This document shows positions 8,805 through 19,393 of a DNA stretch of 64,000 nucleotides, piece after piece. Under the pieces are notes generated by a model, which did not search any database, was not told where the DNA came from, and was given only the letters and a program-made list of their open reading frames with translations. Origin of the DNA: Pseudobdellovibrionaceae bacterium (GTDB taxonomy: Bacteria; Bdellovibrionota; Bdellovibrionia; Bdellovibrionales; Bdellovibrionaceae); NCBI GenBank assembly GCA_039810425.1, contig JBDHWW010000014.1, forward strand, positions 1 to 64,000, in the 5' to 3' direction. Position 1 is the stretch's first letter; each line of letters opens with the position of its first letter. Position numbers and translations under genes: made by a program.

Positions 8805-10826
8805 TTATTTCGTTTGTGTTTTCTGCTCGAGTCCTTTTAGGAAGCCCGATACAAGGTCGTCACGCTCTTGTCCTGACACGGGACGCGCACCCGTCGGGTA
8901 TTCCCGATAGAGCTTTTGCTGGATTTCCAAGAGGAATCGCGAGGCCGTCACGGGACGAATCACTCCATGACGCTTGCGCTGCTGGCAGCGAGACATGACA
9001 AGCCGCTTTTTAGCGCGGGTCACACCGACATAGAAAAGCCTGCGTTCTTCGTCAATATCCGAACCAAGGGTTTTGTGCGGAAGCAGGTCTTCCTCAACTC
9101 CCGCCAAAATCACCACCGGGAACTCCAAACCTTTGCTGGCATGAAGAGTCATTAACTGCATTTTGTTCTGCGAATTGTCTTCTTCGTTCACATCATCTCT
9201 CAGCATCATCGCATCAATAAAAGACTTAATATTTTCAATCTCATAGCTGCGACGGCCGAGGTAAGCATCCAAGATACGGCCAACGATCTCCACCACTTGC
9301 CACTTCTTCTCAGCGACATTTGGATCCCCCGCGCTGTTGTATATGAATTGGCGGTATCCCATCTCTTGCAAAATTTCGACAAAATGGGCGCCGGGGCTTG
9401 AGCCCACTTTGTAATCAAGAATCTGCGACGGCAAAGTATGACAGAAGTTCAACAACTGACCGATGGACTCCCCGGCCTTTTCTTGAACTTCGGCTTCCCG
9501 CCACTGCTGGCAGGCCTCGATGAAAGTCACTTTGTTTTTAAGCGCATACTCCGTGAGCTTCTCAATCGTGGTTTCGCCGATCCCGCGAGCTGGCACGTTG
9601 ATGATTCTTCTGAGGGAAACTTCATTCGGCGAAAGCGCTTGTTTCAAGTAAGCCATGACGTCTTTGACCTCTTTGCGGTCAAAGATCGAGGTGCCACCCG
9701 TAATTGAGTACGGAATATTAGCGCGACGAAGGGAGCTCTCGATCAAACCCCCTTGAGTGTTGGATCGGTAAAGCACCGCGAAGTCTTTGTAAGTGTATCC
9801 TTGGCGAATGAAGTGCTGGACTTCGCTGACCACGAAATCACACTCATCCTCCTCCCGCTCAAGCACAAAGACCTCCGGCAATTCACCGGTGTCTTGGGCC
9901 GTTTCCGCCCGCAAGACTTTGCCGTGACGGTTTTTATTCTGGGCTATCGCCGCATTGGCAACCGCCAGGATCTCTGCACTCGAACGATAGTTGCGCTCAA
10001 GCTTGATCACCTCACAGCTTTTAAATTCTCTTGGAAAGTTGAGAATGTTTTTTACTTCCGCACCACGCCAGCCGTAGATCGACTGGTCATCATCACCGAC
10101 CACGGTGATATTATTGTGGTCTTTTACGATTTGATGGATCAGCTCCATCTGCAAACGGTTGGTGTCCTGAAACTCATCCACCATGACTTGCGTAAATGAA
10201 CCTTGGATCTTCTCAAGTGTCTCAGGATGCTCTCTGAAAAGCTCGAGAGGCTTAATTAAAAGACCTTCGAAATCCACCACGCCGAGATGTTCCAGTTTCT
10301 TATTGAATTTCGGAGTGAGGCTCTCGACCATCTCATGATACTCGTCGAAGGCCTCGGTCTTTGCAGCCATCCCCGTCCGGCGGTCATTGATCATATTCAG
10401 CAGCTTATCGACGTCAAACTTGTCTTTACCCGCGTTCTTTACGTCCTTAAGAAGTTCTTTGATGATGGCATTGCAGTCGTTTTGATCGACAATGCCGAAG
10501 TAAGGGCTGAGGCCCGCTTGCCTATGAAAACGGCGAAGCACTTGCAAACCAAACGAGTGAAATGTTCCGGCCCAGAGACCTTTTTTCACTTGTGATCCCA
10601 CTTTCGCAGACACCCGATGCTTTAATTCTTTTGCGGCCTTATTTGTGAATGTGAGAACGCAGATCTCGTCCGGTTTGGCGATGCCATCGGCAATAAGGCG
10701 CCCCGTTCTGGAAACCAGAACCGTTGTCTTGCCAGAACCTGCACCTGCAAGAATCAGCAGCGGGCCAAAATCGTGTTCAACGGCTTTGACCTGCTCAGGG
10801 TTGAGACCTTTTGTCCAATGACTCAT
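8805..10826 (-). CDS. UvrD/PcrA/Rep superfamily 1 helicase
   Basis: LAGAGSGKT, TFTNKAA, VDEFQD, VGDDDQSIYGWRGA, LERNYRS, TLHASKGLEF and EERRLFYVGVTRA motifs. Confidence 0.95.
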   Translation of the reverse strand: MSHWTKGLNPEQVKAVEHDFGPLLILAGAGSGKTTVLVSRTGRLIADGIAKPDEICVLTFTNKAAKELKHRVSAKVGSQVKKGLWAGTFHSFGLQVLRRFHRQAGLSPYFGIVDQNDCNAIIKELLKDVKNAGKDKFDVDKLLNMINDRRTGMAAKTEAFDEYHEMVESLTPKFNKKLEHLGVVDFEGLLIKPLELFREHPETLEKIQGSFTQVMVDEFQDTNRLQMELIHQIVKDHNNITVVGDDDQSIYGWRGAEVKNILNFPREFKSCEVIKLERNYRSSAEILAVANAAIAQNKNRHGKVLRAETAQDTGELPEVFVLEREEDECDFVVSEVQHFIRQGYTYKDFAVLYRSNTQGGLIESSLRRANIPYSITGGTSIFDRKEVKDVMAYLKQALSPNEVSLRRIINVPARGIGETTIEKLTEYALKNKVTFIEACQQWREAEVQEKAGESIGQLLNFCHTLPSQILDYKVGSSPGAHFVEILQEMGYRQFIYNSAGDPNVAEKKWQVVEIVGRILDAYLGRRSYEIENIKSFIDAMMLRDDVNEEDNSQNKMQLMTLHASKGLEFPVVILAGVEEDLLPHKTLGSDIDEERRLFYVGVTRAKKRLVMSRCQQRKRHGVIRPVTASRFLLEIQQKLYREYPTGARPVSGQERDDLVSGFLKGLEQKTQTK

Positions 10827-11260
10827 TATTCGCGATTGTGAACAAGATTGCGAACTTCGTCAGAGAATACAACTTCAACCTTGTCCGGCTGCACACCACG
10901 AACGATGCCTAGGCCAAATTTTGGATGGTTGATTTTTTGGTTCAAAGCGAACTTGCCTTTAATAGAGTAGCCAACCTCGGAAGCGCTCTCTTGGGCTTGC
11001 ATCAATGCTTCATATTCCGCGTTGTGCGAGGATCTACGGGCGCTTTCACTCCCCGCACGAGCACGCGTGACTTTTGCCGCGCCCGCAGCTCCACCGGCTT
11101 TTGGCAATGAATAGGATTTTTGGCTGCCGCACACTTCGCATTTGATCTTTGCGGTCTTAGAAGTCGTGTGAGCTAAGACGACATGGTAGCGATCAGCATT
11201 ACACTTTTTGCAGAAAGTAAAAAATGATTTCGCGACTGGAGGTAACTGGTTCACTGGCAT
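10826..11260 (-). CDS. Zinc-ribbon + Tudor-like (HPKFGLG) hypothetical protein
   Basis: CKKC...CEVC N-terminus; C-terminus KINHPKFGLGIV...KVEVVF; TAATG overlap with the helicase. Confidence 0.8.
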   Translation of the reverse strand: MPVNQLPPVAKSFFTFCKKCNADRYHVVLAHTTSKTAKIKCEVCGSQKSYSLPKAGGAAGAAKVTRARAGSESARRSSHNAEYEALMQAQESASEVGYSIKGKFALNQKINHPKFGLGIVRGVQPDKVEVVFSDEVRNLVHNRE

Positions 11261-11261
11261 C

Positions 11262-12212
11262 TTAGTATCCCTTTGGTTTATAGATGTTTAAAGAATCGGT
11301 TAAATTTTTAGCAGCAATTTCCATTGCGTTGAGATAGAAAGGTCCTTCCTCATTCTCAATGCGCTTTTGCAGATCAATCATGCTCTGCTCTTCTTTCGGG
11401 TCGATGAGATAGCCGCTGGGACCATAATTTTCGAGAAATCCCAGATCTTCTTCTTTCGTGAAAAACTGCTCCCAGCAATTGGTATTCACCTGAGCCCGGT
11501 ACGTGATCGTTTTTGCGTGCGAGTGGACCGGCGCATACGAGCCGATCACTTCCAAGTGGCCATAGTGACTGTGAAGCTTCAAAGCCGGTCCACCCCATTG
11601 AGTCATGCCGGAACATTGCTCAACATTGGCATACCACAGACCGAAGGCTTTGGACAGAAAACCCAGACCATAAAACTGATCTTGCTTTGGCAAAAGTGAA
11701 TTCACCGAACACAAGTTGTGCGCCACCCACTCTCCTTTGTGCATCGTTGGAATAATAATAAACAACGAGAGCGGAATCCAATCCATATCGTCTAAAGATT
11801 TGGCAATGACGTTCTGGGCTTCAGGCGCTTTGCTAACGTGGATCGGCGAACTTGTCGCCGGAAATTTTTTAAGATCCAAAATCTCGCGCACGGCCGGGCT
11901 AAGTGTTGAAGGTTTTGCCGCAAATCCGGCCACAAAGCCCGGAATCACCGCGCAGTCATAGAACACCCACCGAGGCATGGCCATGTTGGAGGGGCCAAAT
12001 GCCCGTTCCTCAATCGAGTAAATGCGGTCGGCGAAATTCACTTCGGCGATATCAAGGGGGTCCTTGTAAATCGGCGGGTGACAAAACCAATCCAATTTGT
12101 GACGAGTGCCGGGTTGGGCGATCTGATTCTCGGGACGCACAAACACATAAGGTCTGATGTCCCCGGATTCCATCCAACTCGCTTTACTCAACAACGGATT
12201 TAATTTTGCCAT
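11262..12212 (-). CDS. Conserved-looking hypothetical protein (possible GNAT-like fold)
   Basis: 316 aa ORF tightly packed between fumC and the zinc-ribbon gene. Confidence 0.7.
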   Translation of the reverse strand: MAKLNPLLSKASWMESGDIRPYVFVRPENQIAQPGTRHKLDWFCHPPIYKDPLDIAEVNFADRIYSIEERAFGPSNMAMPRWVFYDCAVIPGFVAGFAAKPSTLSPAVREILDLKKFPATSSPIHVSKAPEAQNVIAKSLDDMDWIPLSLFIIIPTMHKGEWVAHNLCSVNSLLPKQDQFYGLGFLSKAFGLWYANVEQCSGMTQWGGPALKLHSHYGHLEVIGSYAPVHSHAKTITYRAQVNTNCWEQFFTKEEDLGFLENYGPSGYLIDPKEEQSMIDLQKRIENEEGPFYLNAMEIAAKNLTDSLNIYKPKGY

Positions 12213-12239
12213 CTTCGCTCTATTCCCTATTTTCCCGGT

Positions 12240-13631
12240 CTATTTTCCAAGGGGGTGAACCATGTCTTCTGGTCTTACAATCTTATCAAATTGATCCGAA
12301 GTGAGGAGTCCTAACTTGACTGCTTCCTCTTTCAAGGTCGTGCCATTTTTGTGAGCGGTCTTCGCGATCTTAGCCGCGTTGTCGTAGCCGATATGCGGAT
12401 TCAGCGCCGTCACCAACATGAGCGAGTTGTCCAAATGTTTTTTGATTTGTGCCCTATTGGCCTCAATACCAACTACACAATGGTCTGTGAACGACTCACA
12501 CGCATCCGCGATGAGACGGATGGAATTCAAAACGTTGAATACAATCACCGGCTTAAACACGTTGAGTTCAAAATGACCGTTGGCGCCCCCGATGCTGACA
12601 GCGACGTTGTTTCCCATCACCTGTGCACAGACCATCGTCATAGCTTCAGACTGAGTCGGGTTTACTTTGCCCGGCATGATCGAAGAGCCCGGCTCGTTTT
12701 CCGGCAAATTGAGCTCGCCGATACCACAACGTGGACCTGAGCCCAATAAACGGATGTCGTTAGCAATCTTCATCAACGAAACCGCAATCGTGTTCAACGC
12801 GCCGCTGACTTCAACTAAAGCATCGTGAGCGGCCAAAGCTTCAAATTTATTTTCCGCACTGACAAAAGGAATCTTTGTTTCATCAGCAATCGCTTTTGCC
12901 GCGTCCACAGGAAATTTGATATGGGTGTTGAGGCCCGTTCCGACCGCCGTTCCGCCGAGCGCCAACTGATGCAAGTGCGGAAGAGTGTTTTTCACGCGTT
13001 GAATAGCATACTTCATCTGAGTCGCGTAACCAGAGAACTCTTGGCCCAACGTGAGCGGTGTCGCGTCCATCAAGTGCGTGCGGCCAATCTTCACGATGTC
13101 TTTGAACTCGTTTTGTTTTTTCTCAAGAGCGTGATGCAATTTTTCGAGCATTGGCAAAAGACGATTGTGAACTTGATCAGCCACCGCAATGTGCATTGCG
13201 GTGGGGAACGTGTCGTTTGAAGACTGGCCTTTGTTCACATCATCGTTGGGATGGACTCCTTTATCCGGAAGTTTGATCCCTTGCATGTCCATCGCGCGGT
13301 TTGCGATTACTTCGTTGGCATTCATGTTGGTTTGAGTGCCCGAACCTGTTTGCCATACCACGAGCGGAAAATGCTCATCGAGTTTTCCCGCAATCACTTC
13401 GTCGGCGGCTTTGACGATGAACTCAGATTTTTTGGGATCAAGAAGGCCAAGCTTCGTGTTGGTCAAAGCGGCGCACTTTTTAAGAATGCCCAAAGCTTTG
13501 ATCATCTCACGCGGAAAACGATCGCCGCCGATTTTGAAATTTTCGCGGGAACGCTGTGTTTGGGCTCCCCAGAATTTATCTGCAGGAACTTTCACTTCAC
13601 CCATGGTGTCTTTTTCAATTCTGAAGTCCAT
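12240..13631 (-). CDS. fumC: Class II fumarate hydratase
   Basis: [22 protein letters not shown] and [11 protein letters not shown] signature. Confidence 0.97.
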   Translation of the reverse strand: MDFRIEKDTMGEVKVPADKFWGAQTQRSRENFKIGGDRFPREMIKALGILKKCAALTNTKLGLLDPKKSEFIVKAADEVIAGKLDEHFPLVVWQTGSGTQTNMNANEVIANRAMDMQGIKLPDKGVHPNDDVNKGQSSNDTFPTAMHIAVADQVHNRLLPMLEKLHHALEKKQNEFKDIVKIGRTHLMDATPLTLGQEFSGYATQMKYAIQRVKNTLPHLHQLALGGTAVGTGLNTHIKFPVDAAKAIADETKIPFVSAENKFEALAAHDALVEVSGALNTIAVSLMKIANDIRLLGSGPRCGIGELNLPENEPGSSIMPGKVNPTQSEAMTMVCAQVMGNNVAVSIGGANGHFELNVFKPVIVFNVLNSIRLIADACESFTDHCVVGIEANRAQIKKHLDNSLMLVTALNPHIGYDNAAKIAKTAHKNGTTLKEEAVKLGLLTSDQFDKIVRPEDMVHPLGK

Positions 13632-13656
13632 TGCTCGCCTTTCCTATCTCTCGTTA

Positions 13657-14430
13657 CTATTTTCTGTGGACCTGGCCGACTGAGGCCTGATCCGTTGGAT
13701 AGATCATAATTTCCTGGATGTTCACATGTCCCGGCCTTTGCAGACACCATAAGATGGTCTCAGCAATGTCCTTGGGCTCAAGCGGCGTCATGTTCGCATA
13801 AACTTGGGCCGCCTTTTCGGGGTCTTCAAAACGCACCAGAGAAAACTCCGTGCTAACCATCCCCGGCTCGATGTTCGTGACACGAATATTTGTGCCCGCG
13901 AGGTCCATCCGCAATCCTTCAGAGATCGCACGCACCGCAAACTTTGTCGCGCAATACACAGCGCCACCTGGATATACCAAGCGTCCCGCAACGGAACCGA
14001 GGTTCACGATGTGGCCTGCTTTATTTTTCACCATAAAGGGCAAAATCGCGCGCGTCAGATACAACAACCCTTTGATGTTGGTGTCGATCATTGTATCCCA
14101 GTCACCGACTTGCGATTGCTGCATTTTCTCGGTGCCCTTTGCCAGACCCGCGTTGTTCACAAGCACGCAGATATTCTCGAGCGCCGATGCTTCTGATTGG
14201 ACGAAGTCATCGACTTGCGAACGCCGGGTGACATCCATTTGGACTGTCTTGAATTCTTGCTGTTTCAAATTTTGCGAAGTGGCTTTGACCAAGCGGTCGC
14301 GAAGCTCTTTCAGGCGATCAGCGCGGCGACCGATCAGAATCAGGGAGTAACCTGCGTGCGCCAGCTCTTCCGCCGTCGCCCAGCCAATACCCGCCGTGGC
14401 CCCTGTAATGATTGCCCATTTGTTGTGCAT
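13657..14430 (-). CDS. SDR oxidoreductase, YdfG-like
   Basis: TGATAGIG, NNAGLAKG, YCATK, TNIEPGMV; start ATG 14430 preferred. Confidence 0.88.
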   Translation of the reverse strand: MHNKWAIITGATAGIGWATAEELAHAGYSLILIGRRADRLKELRDRLVKATSQNLKQQEFKTVQMDVTRRSQVDDFVQSEASALENICVLVNNAGLAKGTEKMQQSQVGDWDTMIDTNIKGLLYLTRAILPFMVKNKAGHIVNLGSVAGRLVYPGGAVYCATKFAVRAISEGLRMDLAGTNIRVTNIEPGMVSTEFSLVRFEDPEKAAQVYANMTPLEPKDIAETILWCLQRPGHVNIQEIMIYPTDQASVGQVHRK

Positions 14431-14528
14431 TTTGGAACTTTCCTTAGAGGGAAGAACATATAATTTTTTCTCCTTGAAATCACCCCTGCGAATCAATATA
14501 ACGCAAGACATCTTTAGAGAGGGGCCCT

Positions 14529-14987
14529 ATGAACTACTGGCTGATGAAATCCGAACCCGATGTTTACGGCATTGGAACCCTGAAGAAGGACAAAACCACA
14601 TGGTGGGAAGGCGTGCGCAACTATCAGGCGCGCAATTTCATGATGAACGATATGAAGGTCGGTGACCTCGTGCTCTTCTATCACTCTAACGCGGAACCTT
14701 CGGGAGTCGCTGGCATCGCCAAAATCTCACGCGGGGCCGAACCTGACAAATCTCAGTTTGACAAAAAATCAGAGTATTTTGATCCGAAAGCGACCCCGGC
14801 AAAGCCGCAGTGGTACTGCGTTCAATTGGAGTACGTAAAAGAGTTTCCTGAGATCGTTTCTTTGAGTGATTTGCGGGTGCAAGCCTCATTGGCAGACATG
14901 TTGGTTCTGAAAAAAGGCCAACGCTTGTCCGTGCAACCTGTGGATAAAAAACATTTCGAAACCGTGAAAAAACTCGGGGGACTTTAG
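14529..14987 (+). CDS. EVE domain-containing protein
   Basis: YWLMKSEP, WEGVRNYQARN, LFYHS, YFDPK and RLSVQPV motifs. Confidence 0.93.
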   Translation: MNYWLMKSEPDVYGIGTLKKDKTTWWEGVRNYQARNFMMNDMKVGDLVLFYHSNAEPSGVAGIAKISRGAEPDKSQFDKKSEYFDPKATPAKPQWYCVQLEYVKEFPEIVSLSDLRVQASLADMLVLKKGQRLSVQPVDKKHFETVKKLGGL

Positions 14988-15950
14988 TTGTCAACTCCCG
15001 TGCGCTTGCTTTTAGCTCCGATGGAAGGTGTCGTCGACTGGGTTATGCGCGACACCCTCTCACAGATCGGTGGAATCGACCAGTTTGTGACCGAGTTTTT
15101 GCGCGTCACTGACAAGCTTTACACTGAAGCCATTTTTTATCGTAATTGTCCTGAGCTGAAAACCGGTTCGCGCACTCGCAACGGCACACCGGTATTCGTG
15201 CAGCTTTTGGGGGGGCACGCGGAGCCACTTGCTTTGAATGCTCAGCGGGCTGTGAAACTGGGCGCCCTTGGCGTGGATCTCAACTTCGGCTGTCCGGCAA
15301 AAACCGTGAACCGTCACGATGGGGGCGCTTCGCTGCTAAAGTCCTGCGATCGCCTCTATGATATCGTGAAAACCGTGCGCGAGGCCGTTCCGGCGCAGGT
15401 TCCGGTCACGGCAAAGATTCGTCTGGGCTTTGATGATCCCACCAAATGCATTGAAAATGCCAAAGCCATTGAAGAGGCCGGAGCGACTTGGCTCACCGTC
15501 CACTGCCGTACGAAAACCGATGGCTATAAGCCGCCGGCTTATTGGGACTGGATCCCGCGCATGAAGGAGTCCACAAAAATTCCTATTATCGCCAACGGTG
15601 AAATCTGGAACGCGATGGACTTCCACCGTTGCCGCGAAGTCACGGGATGCAGCGACTTCATGATCGGCCGCGGGGCCCTGAGCAATCCGTACATCTTTAA
15701 ACAAATCCGCGAAAGCCTCGCCCAGGATTCCGTCACGGAAGCCCACTGGCAAAACACTAAAAACTTGCTGCCGGGCTTCTTTGAAGCGAGCACCTTTCAC
15801 ATTAACGAGTACTTCGCCGTAAGCCGCACCAAGCAGTGGCTCCGCGCCCTCTCACTAAATAGTCCTGAGGCCAAAACTGCCTTTGATCAGCTCAAAGTGT
15901 TACGAAAACCTCTGGAATTCCGCTCACAGCTGGAAACTTTTTGTTCTTAG
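14988..15950 (+). CDS. dusC: tRNA-dihydrouridine synthase, DusC-like
   Basis: LAPMEGVVD, TEFLRVT, DLNFGCPAKTVN, VH.RTKTDGYKPPAYWDWI and IANGEIW motifs. Confidence 0.85.
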   Translation: MSTPVRLLLAPMEGVVDWVMRDTLSQIGGIDQFVTEFLRVTDKLYTEAIFYRNCPELKTGSRTRNGTPVFVQLLGGHAEPLALNAQRAVKLGALGVDLNFGCPAKTVNRHDGGASLLKSCDRLYDIVKTVREAVPAQVPVTAKIRLGFDDPTKCIENAKAIEEAGATWLTVHCRTKTDGYKPPAYWDWIPRMKESTKIPIIANGEIWNAMDFHRCREVTGCSDFMIGRGALSNPYIFKQIRESLAQDSVTEAHWQNTKNLLPGFFEASTFHINEYFAVSRTKQWLRALSLNSPEAKTAFDQLKVLRKPLEFRSQLETFCS

Positions 15951-15974
15951 TGATACACTCCGGGTGAGGTGAAT

Positions 15975-16241
15975 ATGGAAAACCAAACAGCAAAAGTCGT
16001 TATTTACTCTAAAGATCCATGCCCCTACTGCGTGCGCGCGAAAAACTTCTTTGAGGATCAAGGCATCAAATACGAAGAGATCGACCTCACGGACAAGCCT
16101 GAAGAAATCGATCGCATTAAAAACGAGACCGGCTGGAGAACCGTGCCTATCATTATGATCAACGGAAAACTGATCGGTGGCTATAGCGACATGAAGGCCT
16201 TGCATGATGAAGGGCAGCTTGAGCCAATGCTAAAATCCTAA
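15975..16241 (+). CDS. grxC: Glutaredoxin (Grx3-like)
   Basis: CPYC active site, TVP, IGGYSD. Confidence 0.88.
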   Translation: MENQTAKVVIYSKDPCPYCVRAKNFFEDQGIKYEEIDLTDKPEEIDRIKNETGWRTVPIIMINGKLIGGYSDMKALHDEGQLEPMLKS

Positions 16242-16262
16242 TCTATTTGCGTGATCGGGCGT

Positions 16263-17366
16263 CTACTGGCGCAAATCGGTTCTCGGGCACATTTCAATCG
16301 GAGCTTGGAAGAACTCTTTGACGAAAGCCTGCATCTCCCGCAGGCTTTTTGCTTTTGCGCACAACCCTACCAGGGATTGGCCGAAATCCAGCCACACCTC
16401 TGTGGTGCGCACGTGAAAACGGATTTTTCTCATCGCCAAATCTTCGCGGAAATACTTGCCACTATAATCAATTAAACTCAGAAGTGCGCGACCGTACTCT
16501 TGCCCCTCTTCCTGTGGCGTTTGCGGAGCACGCTGTCCCTCATGGCCCACAGGCGGTGGAAAGCCGAGTTTCTCACCAAATTGCCACATCATCCACGGGC
16601 GGGCCGCGAGCGCACGTCCGGCCATCGCCATATCGCAACCAGTTTCTTGCAACATCGTCATCGCATCTTCAGCGGTTTGCACGTCGCCATTGCCAATGAT
16701 CGGTAAATCAATCATTTCACACAGAGATTTAATCTGCGACCAATCGGCAACACCACGACGTTTTTGAGCGGCTGTGCGCGGATGCAAACACACCCAGCTT
16801 GCCCCGGCGTCTTTAAGACCCTTCACAAAATTATGAAGGTACATGAAATCTTTTTCGCTATTGCCGTTGATAGACATTTCAACCTTCCCAGGTTGAGGTG
16901 CTGCACGCAGCTTCACACTCACCGGCACCGTTGAATTTTTGACGGTCATCTCAACAATGCGGGCAGCGTAATCAGGATCGCCCATAAGAGCGACACCGTA
17001 ATTATGTTTGAGGGCTTTTTGGACCGGGCATCCCATATTGATGTCGATGCCTTCGGCCCCCCACTCGTGAATCAATTTTTTGACGCTGTCTCCGATGGGC
17101 TTTTCTTCGTTGCCAAGAATTTGCGGCACGAGTCCGGTTTCATGAGGCGCACGCAAAGTTTCAGGCGTTGTCGTAATATCCTCGTAAGGCAGGCGACGCG
17201 AATTCAGCATCTCGCTAGGCCAGATCGTTTTCGCCCCGACCGGCATGTAATCGCGGACCGTCAAGCGCAAAGCCACGTGGCTGAGCCCCACCATGGGAGC
17301 CAAGCAGAGCGGAAAGTTGACGTCGTTATTGAGGATGGGCTTTGTAAGCCCGGGCCGCATACGCAT
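16263..17366 (-). CDS. tRNA-dihydrouridine synthase family protein (DusB-like)
   Basis: LAPMVG, IDINMGCPV, VSVKLR, LHPRT, IGNGDV and MAGR motifs. Confidence 0.85.
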   Translation of the reverse strand: MRMRPGLTKPILNNDVNFPLCLAPMVGLSHVALRLTVRDYMPVGAKTIWPSEMLNSRRLPYEDITTTPETLRAPHETGLVPQILGNEEKPIGDSVKKLIHEWGAEGIDINMGCPVQKALKHNYGVALMGDPDYAARIVEMTVKNSTVPVSVKLRAAPQPGKVEMSINGNSEKDFMYLHNFVKGLKDAGASWVCLHPRTAAQKRRGVADWSQIKSLCEMIDLPIIGNGDVQTAEDAMTMLQETGCDMAMAGRALAARPWMMWQFGEKLGFPPPVGHEGQRAPQTPQEEGQEYGRALLSLIDYSGKYFREDLAMRKIRFHVRTTEVWLDFGQSLVGLCAKAKSLREMQAFVKEFFQAPIEMCPRTDLRQ

Positions 17367-17369
17367 ATC

Positions 17370-19259
17370 TTATTGGTTCAGGCGGTTCTTCACGAGGTCA
17401 TCAACGACACCGGGGTCTGCCAAAGTCGACGTGTCACCCAACTGATCCGGGTGATTTTCGGCAAGCTTACGCAGGATCCGTCGCATGATTTTGCCTGAGC
17501 GGGTCTTTGGCAGGCCGGGTGCCCACTGGATCAAATCCGGCTGTGCGATAGGACCGATCTCTTTGCGGACCCATTGAACAAGCTCCTTCTTGATTTCCTC
17601 ACTGCCTTGGAGGCCCGAGCGCAAAGTCACGAAGGCATAAATGCCTGTGCCCTTGATATCGTGCGGGTAGCCGACAACCGCCGCTTCACTGACACCCGCG
17701 TGCCCGACGAGCGCACTTTCAATTTCCGCGGTGCCGATACGATGGCCTGAGACGTTTAACACGTCATCCACGCGGCCGGTAATCCAGTAGTAACCGTCCT
17801 CATCGCGGCGGCAACCGTCGCCGGTAAAGTAGTAGCCTTTGTAACTTGCAAAATAAGTCTGCTCAAAACGCGCATGATCCTTGTACACCGTGCGCATCTG
17901 GCCGGGCCAAGAATCCGCAATTGCCAGAACACCTTCAGCGACAGTTTCTTTTTGCACAACGCCTTCCGGAGACAACACCACGGGCTGTATTCCAAAGAAC
18001 GGCAAAGTTGCCGAACCCGGCTTTTGTTTCATCGCTCCTGGCAAAGGGGAAATCATCACTCCCCCCGTTTCCGTCTGCCACCAGGTATCGACGATCGGAC
18101 AACGTCCTTCGCCGACCACATCGTGGTACCAGCTCCATGCCTCAGGATTGATCGGCTCACCAACCGTGCCGAGGAGCCGCAAAGACTTGCGCGAGGTCGT
18201 CTTCACCGGTTCTTCGCCTTCTCGCATGAGCGCGCGGATCGCGGTGGGCGCAGTATAGAAGATGCTGACCTTATGCTTATCAATCACCTCCCAAAAGCGA
18301 GAGTGCTCCGGATAACTCGGCACCCCCTCAAACATCAATGTCGTCGCGCCGTTCGCAAGCGGTCCATAAACCAAGTAACTGTGACCCGTGACCCAACCCA
18401 CATCAGCTGTGCACCAGTAGATATCATTTTCTTTGAGATCAAAAACATATTCGTGAGTCACGCTTGCGAACAGCAAATACCCGCCGGTGGTATGCAAGAC
18501 CCCTTTAGGTTTTCCGGTGGAGCCTGAAGTGTAAAGCAAGAAAAGGGAATCCTCGGCATTCATGCGTTCCGGCTCGCACTGGTCATGGACGTACGGCAAT
18601 TCGTCTTGATACCAAATATCACGGCCGGATTTCATCTCAATCTTGCCGCCCGTGTGCCGAACTACGAGAACCTTACGCACGCCCGGAGTTTTTGTGAGCG
18701 CTTCATCGACATTCTTCTTCAGCGGAATCACCTTCGAAGCGCGCAGACCTTCGTCCGCAGTGATCACGAAATCGGAATCACAGTCAATGATACGGTTTGC
18801 GATCGAGTCTGGCGCGAAACCTCCGAAAATCACCGAGTGCATCGCGCCGATACGCGCGCAAGCCAACATCGCAAACGCAGTTTCCGGAATCATCGGCATA
18901 TAGATGGTCACACGATCGCCGCGTTTCACGCCATTGCGCTTTAGAATGTTCGCAAACTTACAAACTGCCGAATGCAGTTCTTTGTATGTTATATTCCTAT
19001 TCGGCGTTTTTGGATCATCACCTTCCCAAATAATCGCCGTCTTATCTCCGCGTGATTCCAGGTGGCGGTCCATGCAATTGTAGGAGACATTGAGTTCTCC
19101 ACCTTCAAACCACTTGATGTGAACCGGAGACCTGAAAGAGGTGTCTTTCACCCTATTCCACTTTTTAAACCAATGCAGACGCTCGGCCTGCTTCGCCCAA
19201 AAAGTTTCGGGGCTTTGAACAGATTCGTCGTACATTTTTTTGTATTGTGCAAAATCCAT
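17370..19259 (-). CDS. acs: Acetyl-CoA synthetase
   Basis: [33 protein letters not shown] and [11 protein letters not shown] motifs. Confidence 0.97.
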   Translation of the reverse strand: MDFAQYKKMYDESVQSPETFWAKQAERLHWFKKWNRVKDTSFRSPVHIKWFEGGELNVSYNCMDRHLESRGDKTAIIWEGDDPKTPNRNITYKELHSAVCKFANILKRNGVKRGDRVTIYMPMIPETAFAMLACARIGAMHSVIFGGFAPDSIANRIIDCDSDFVITADEGLRASKVIPLKKNVDEALTKTPGVRKVLVVRHTGGKIEMKSGRDIWYQDELPYVHDQCEPERMNAEDSLFLLYTSGSTGKPKGVLHTTGGYLLFASVTHEYVFDLKENDIYWCTADVGWVTGHSYLVYGPLANGATTLMFEGVPSYPEHSRFWEVIDKHKVSIFYTAPTAIRALMREGEEPVKTTSRKSLRLLGTVGEPINPEAWSWYHDVVGEGRCPIVDTWWQTETGGVMISPLPGAMKQKPGSATLPFFGIQPVVLSPEGVVQKETVAEGVLAIADSWPGQMRTVYKDHARFEQTYFASYKGYYFTGDGCRRDEDGYYWITGRVDDVLNVSGHRIGTAEIESALVGHAGVSEAAVVGYPHDIKGTGIYAFVTLRSGLQGSEEIKKELVQWVRKEIGPIAQPDLIQWAPGLPKTRSGKIMRRILRKLAENHPDQLGDTSTLADPGVVDDLVKNRLNQ

Positions 19260-19312
19260 GGAGCACGCCCTTTGCTGTATGTTCTTCTTAGAACGAAGCC
19301 CTTTAAAAATTA

Positions 19313-19346
19313 AAAAGGCCAGGAGATATAAAATTCTCCCAGCCTT
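19313..19346 (-). terminator. Probable terminator after dnaK
   Basis: Minus-strand AAGGCTGGGAGA...TCTCCTGGCCTT hairpin followed by Ts. Confidence 0.55.
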
Positions 19347-19355
19347 CTCAACTAA

Positions 19356-19380
19356 AAATCAAGTACTGAAATCAAGTACT
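19356..19380. repeat. Tandem 12-bp direct repeat AAATCAAGTACT x2
   Basis: Copies at 19356-19367 and 19369-19380. Confidence 0.85.
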
Positions 19381-19393
19381 AATGTGTCGTCAC

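Noticed and set aside
8805..14987. Helicase and EVE genes as an anti-phage defence island
   Set aside because: Embedded among housekeeping genes with no nuclease, methylase or mobility partners
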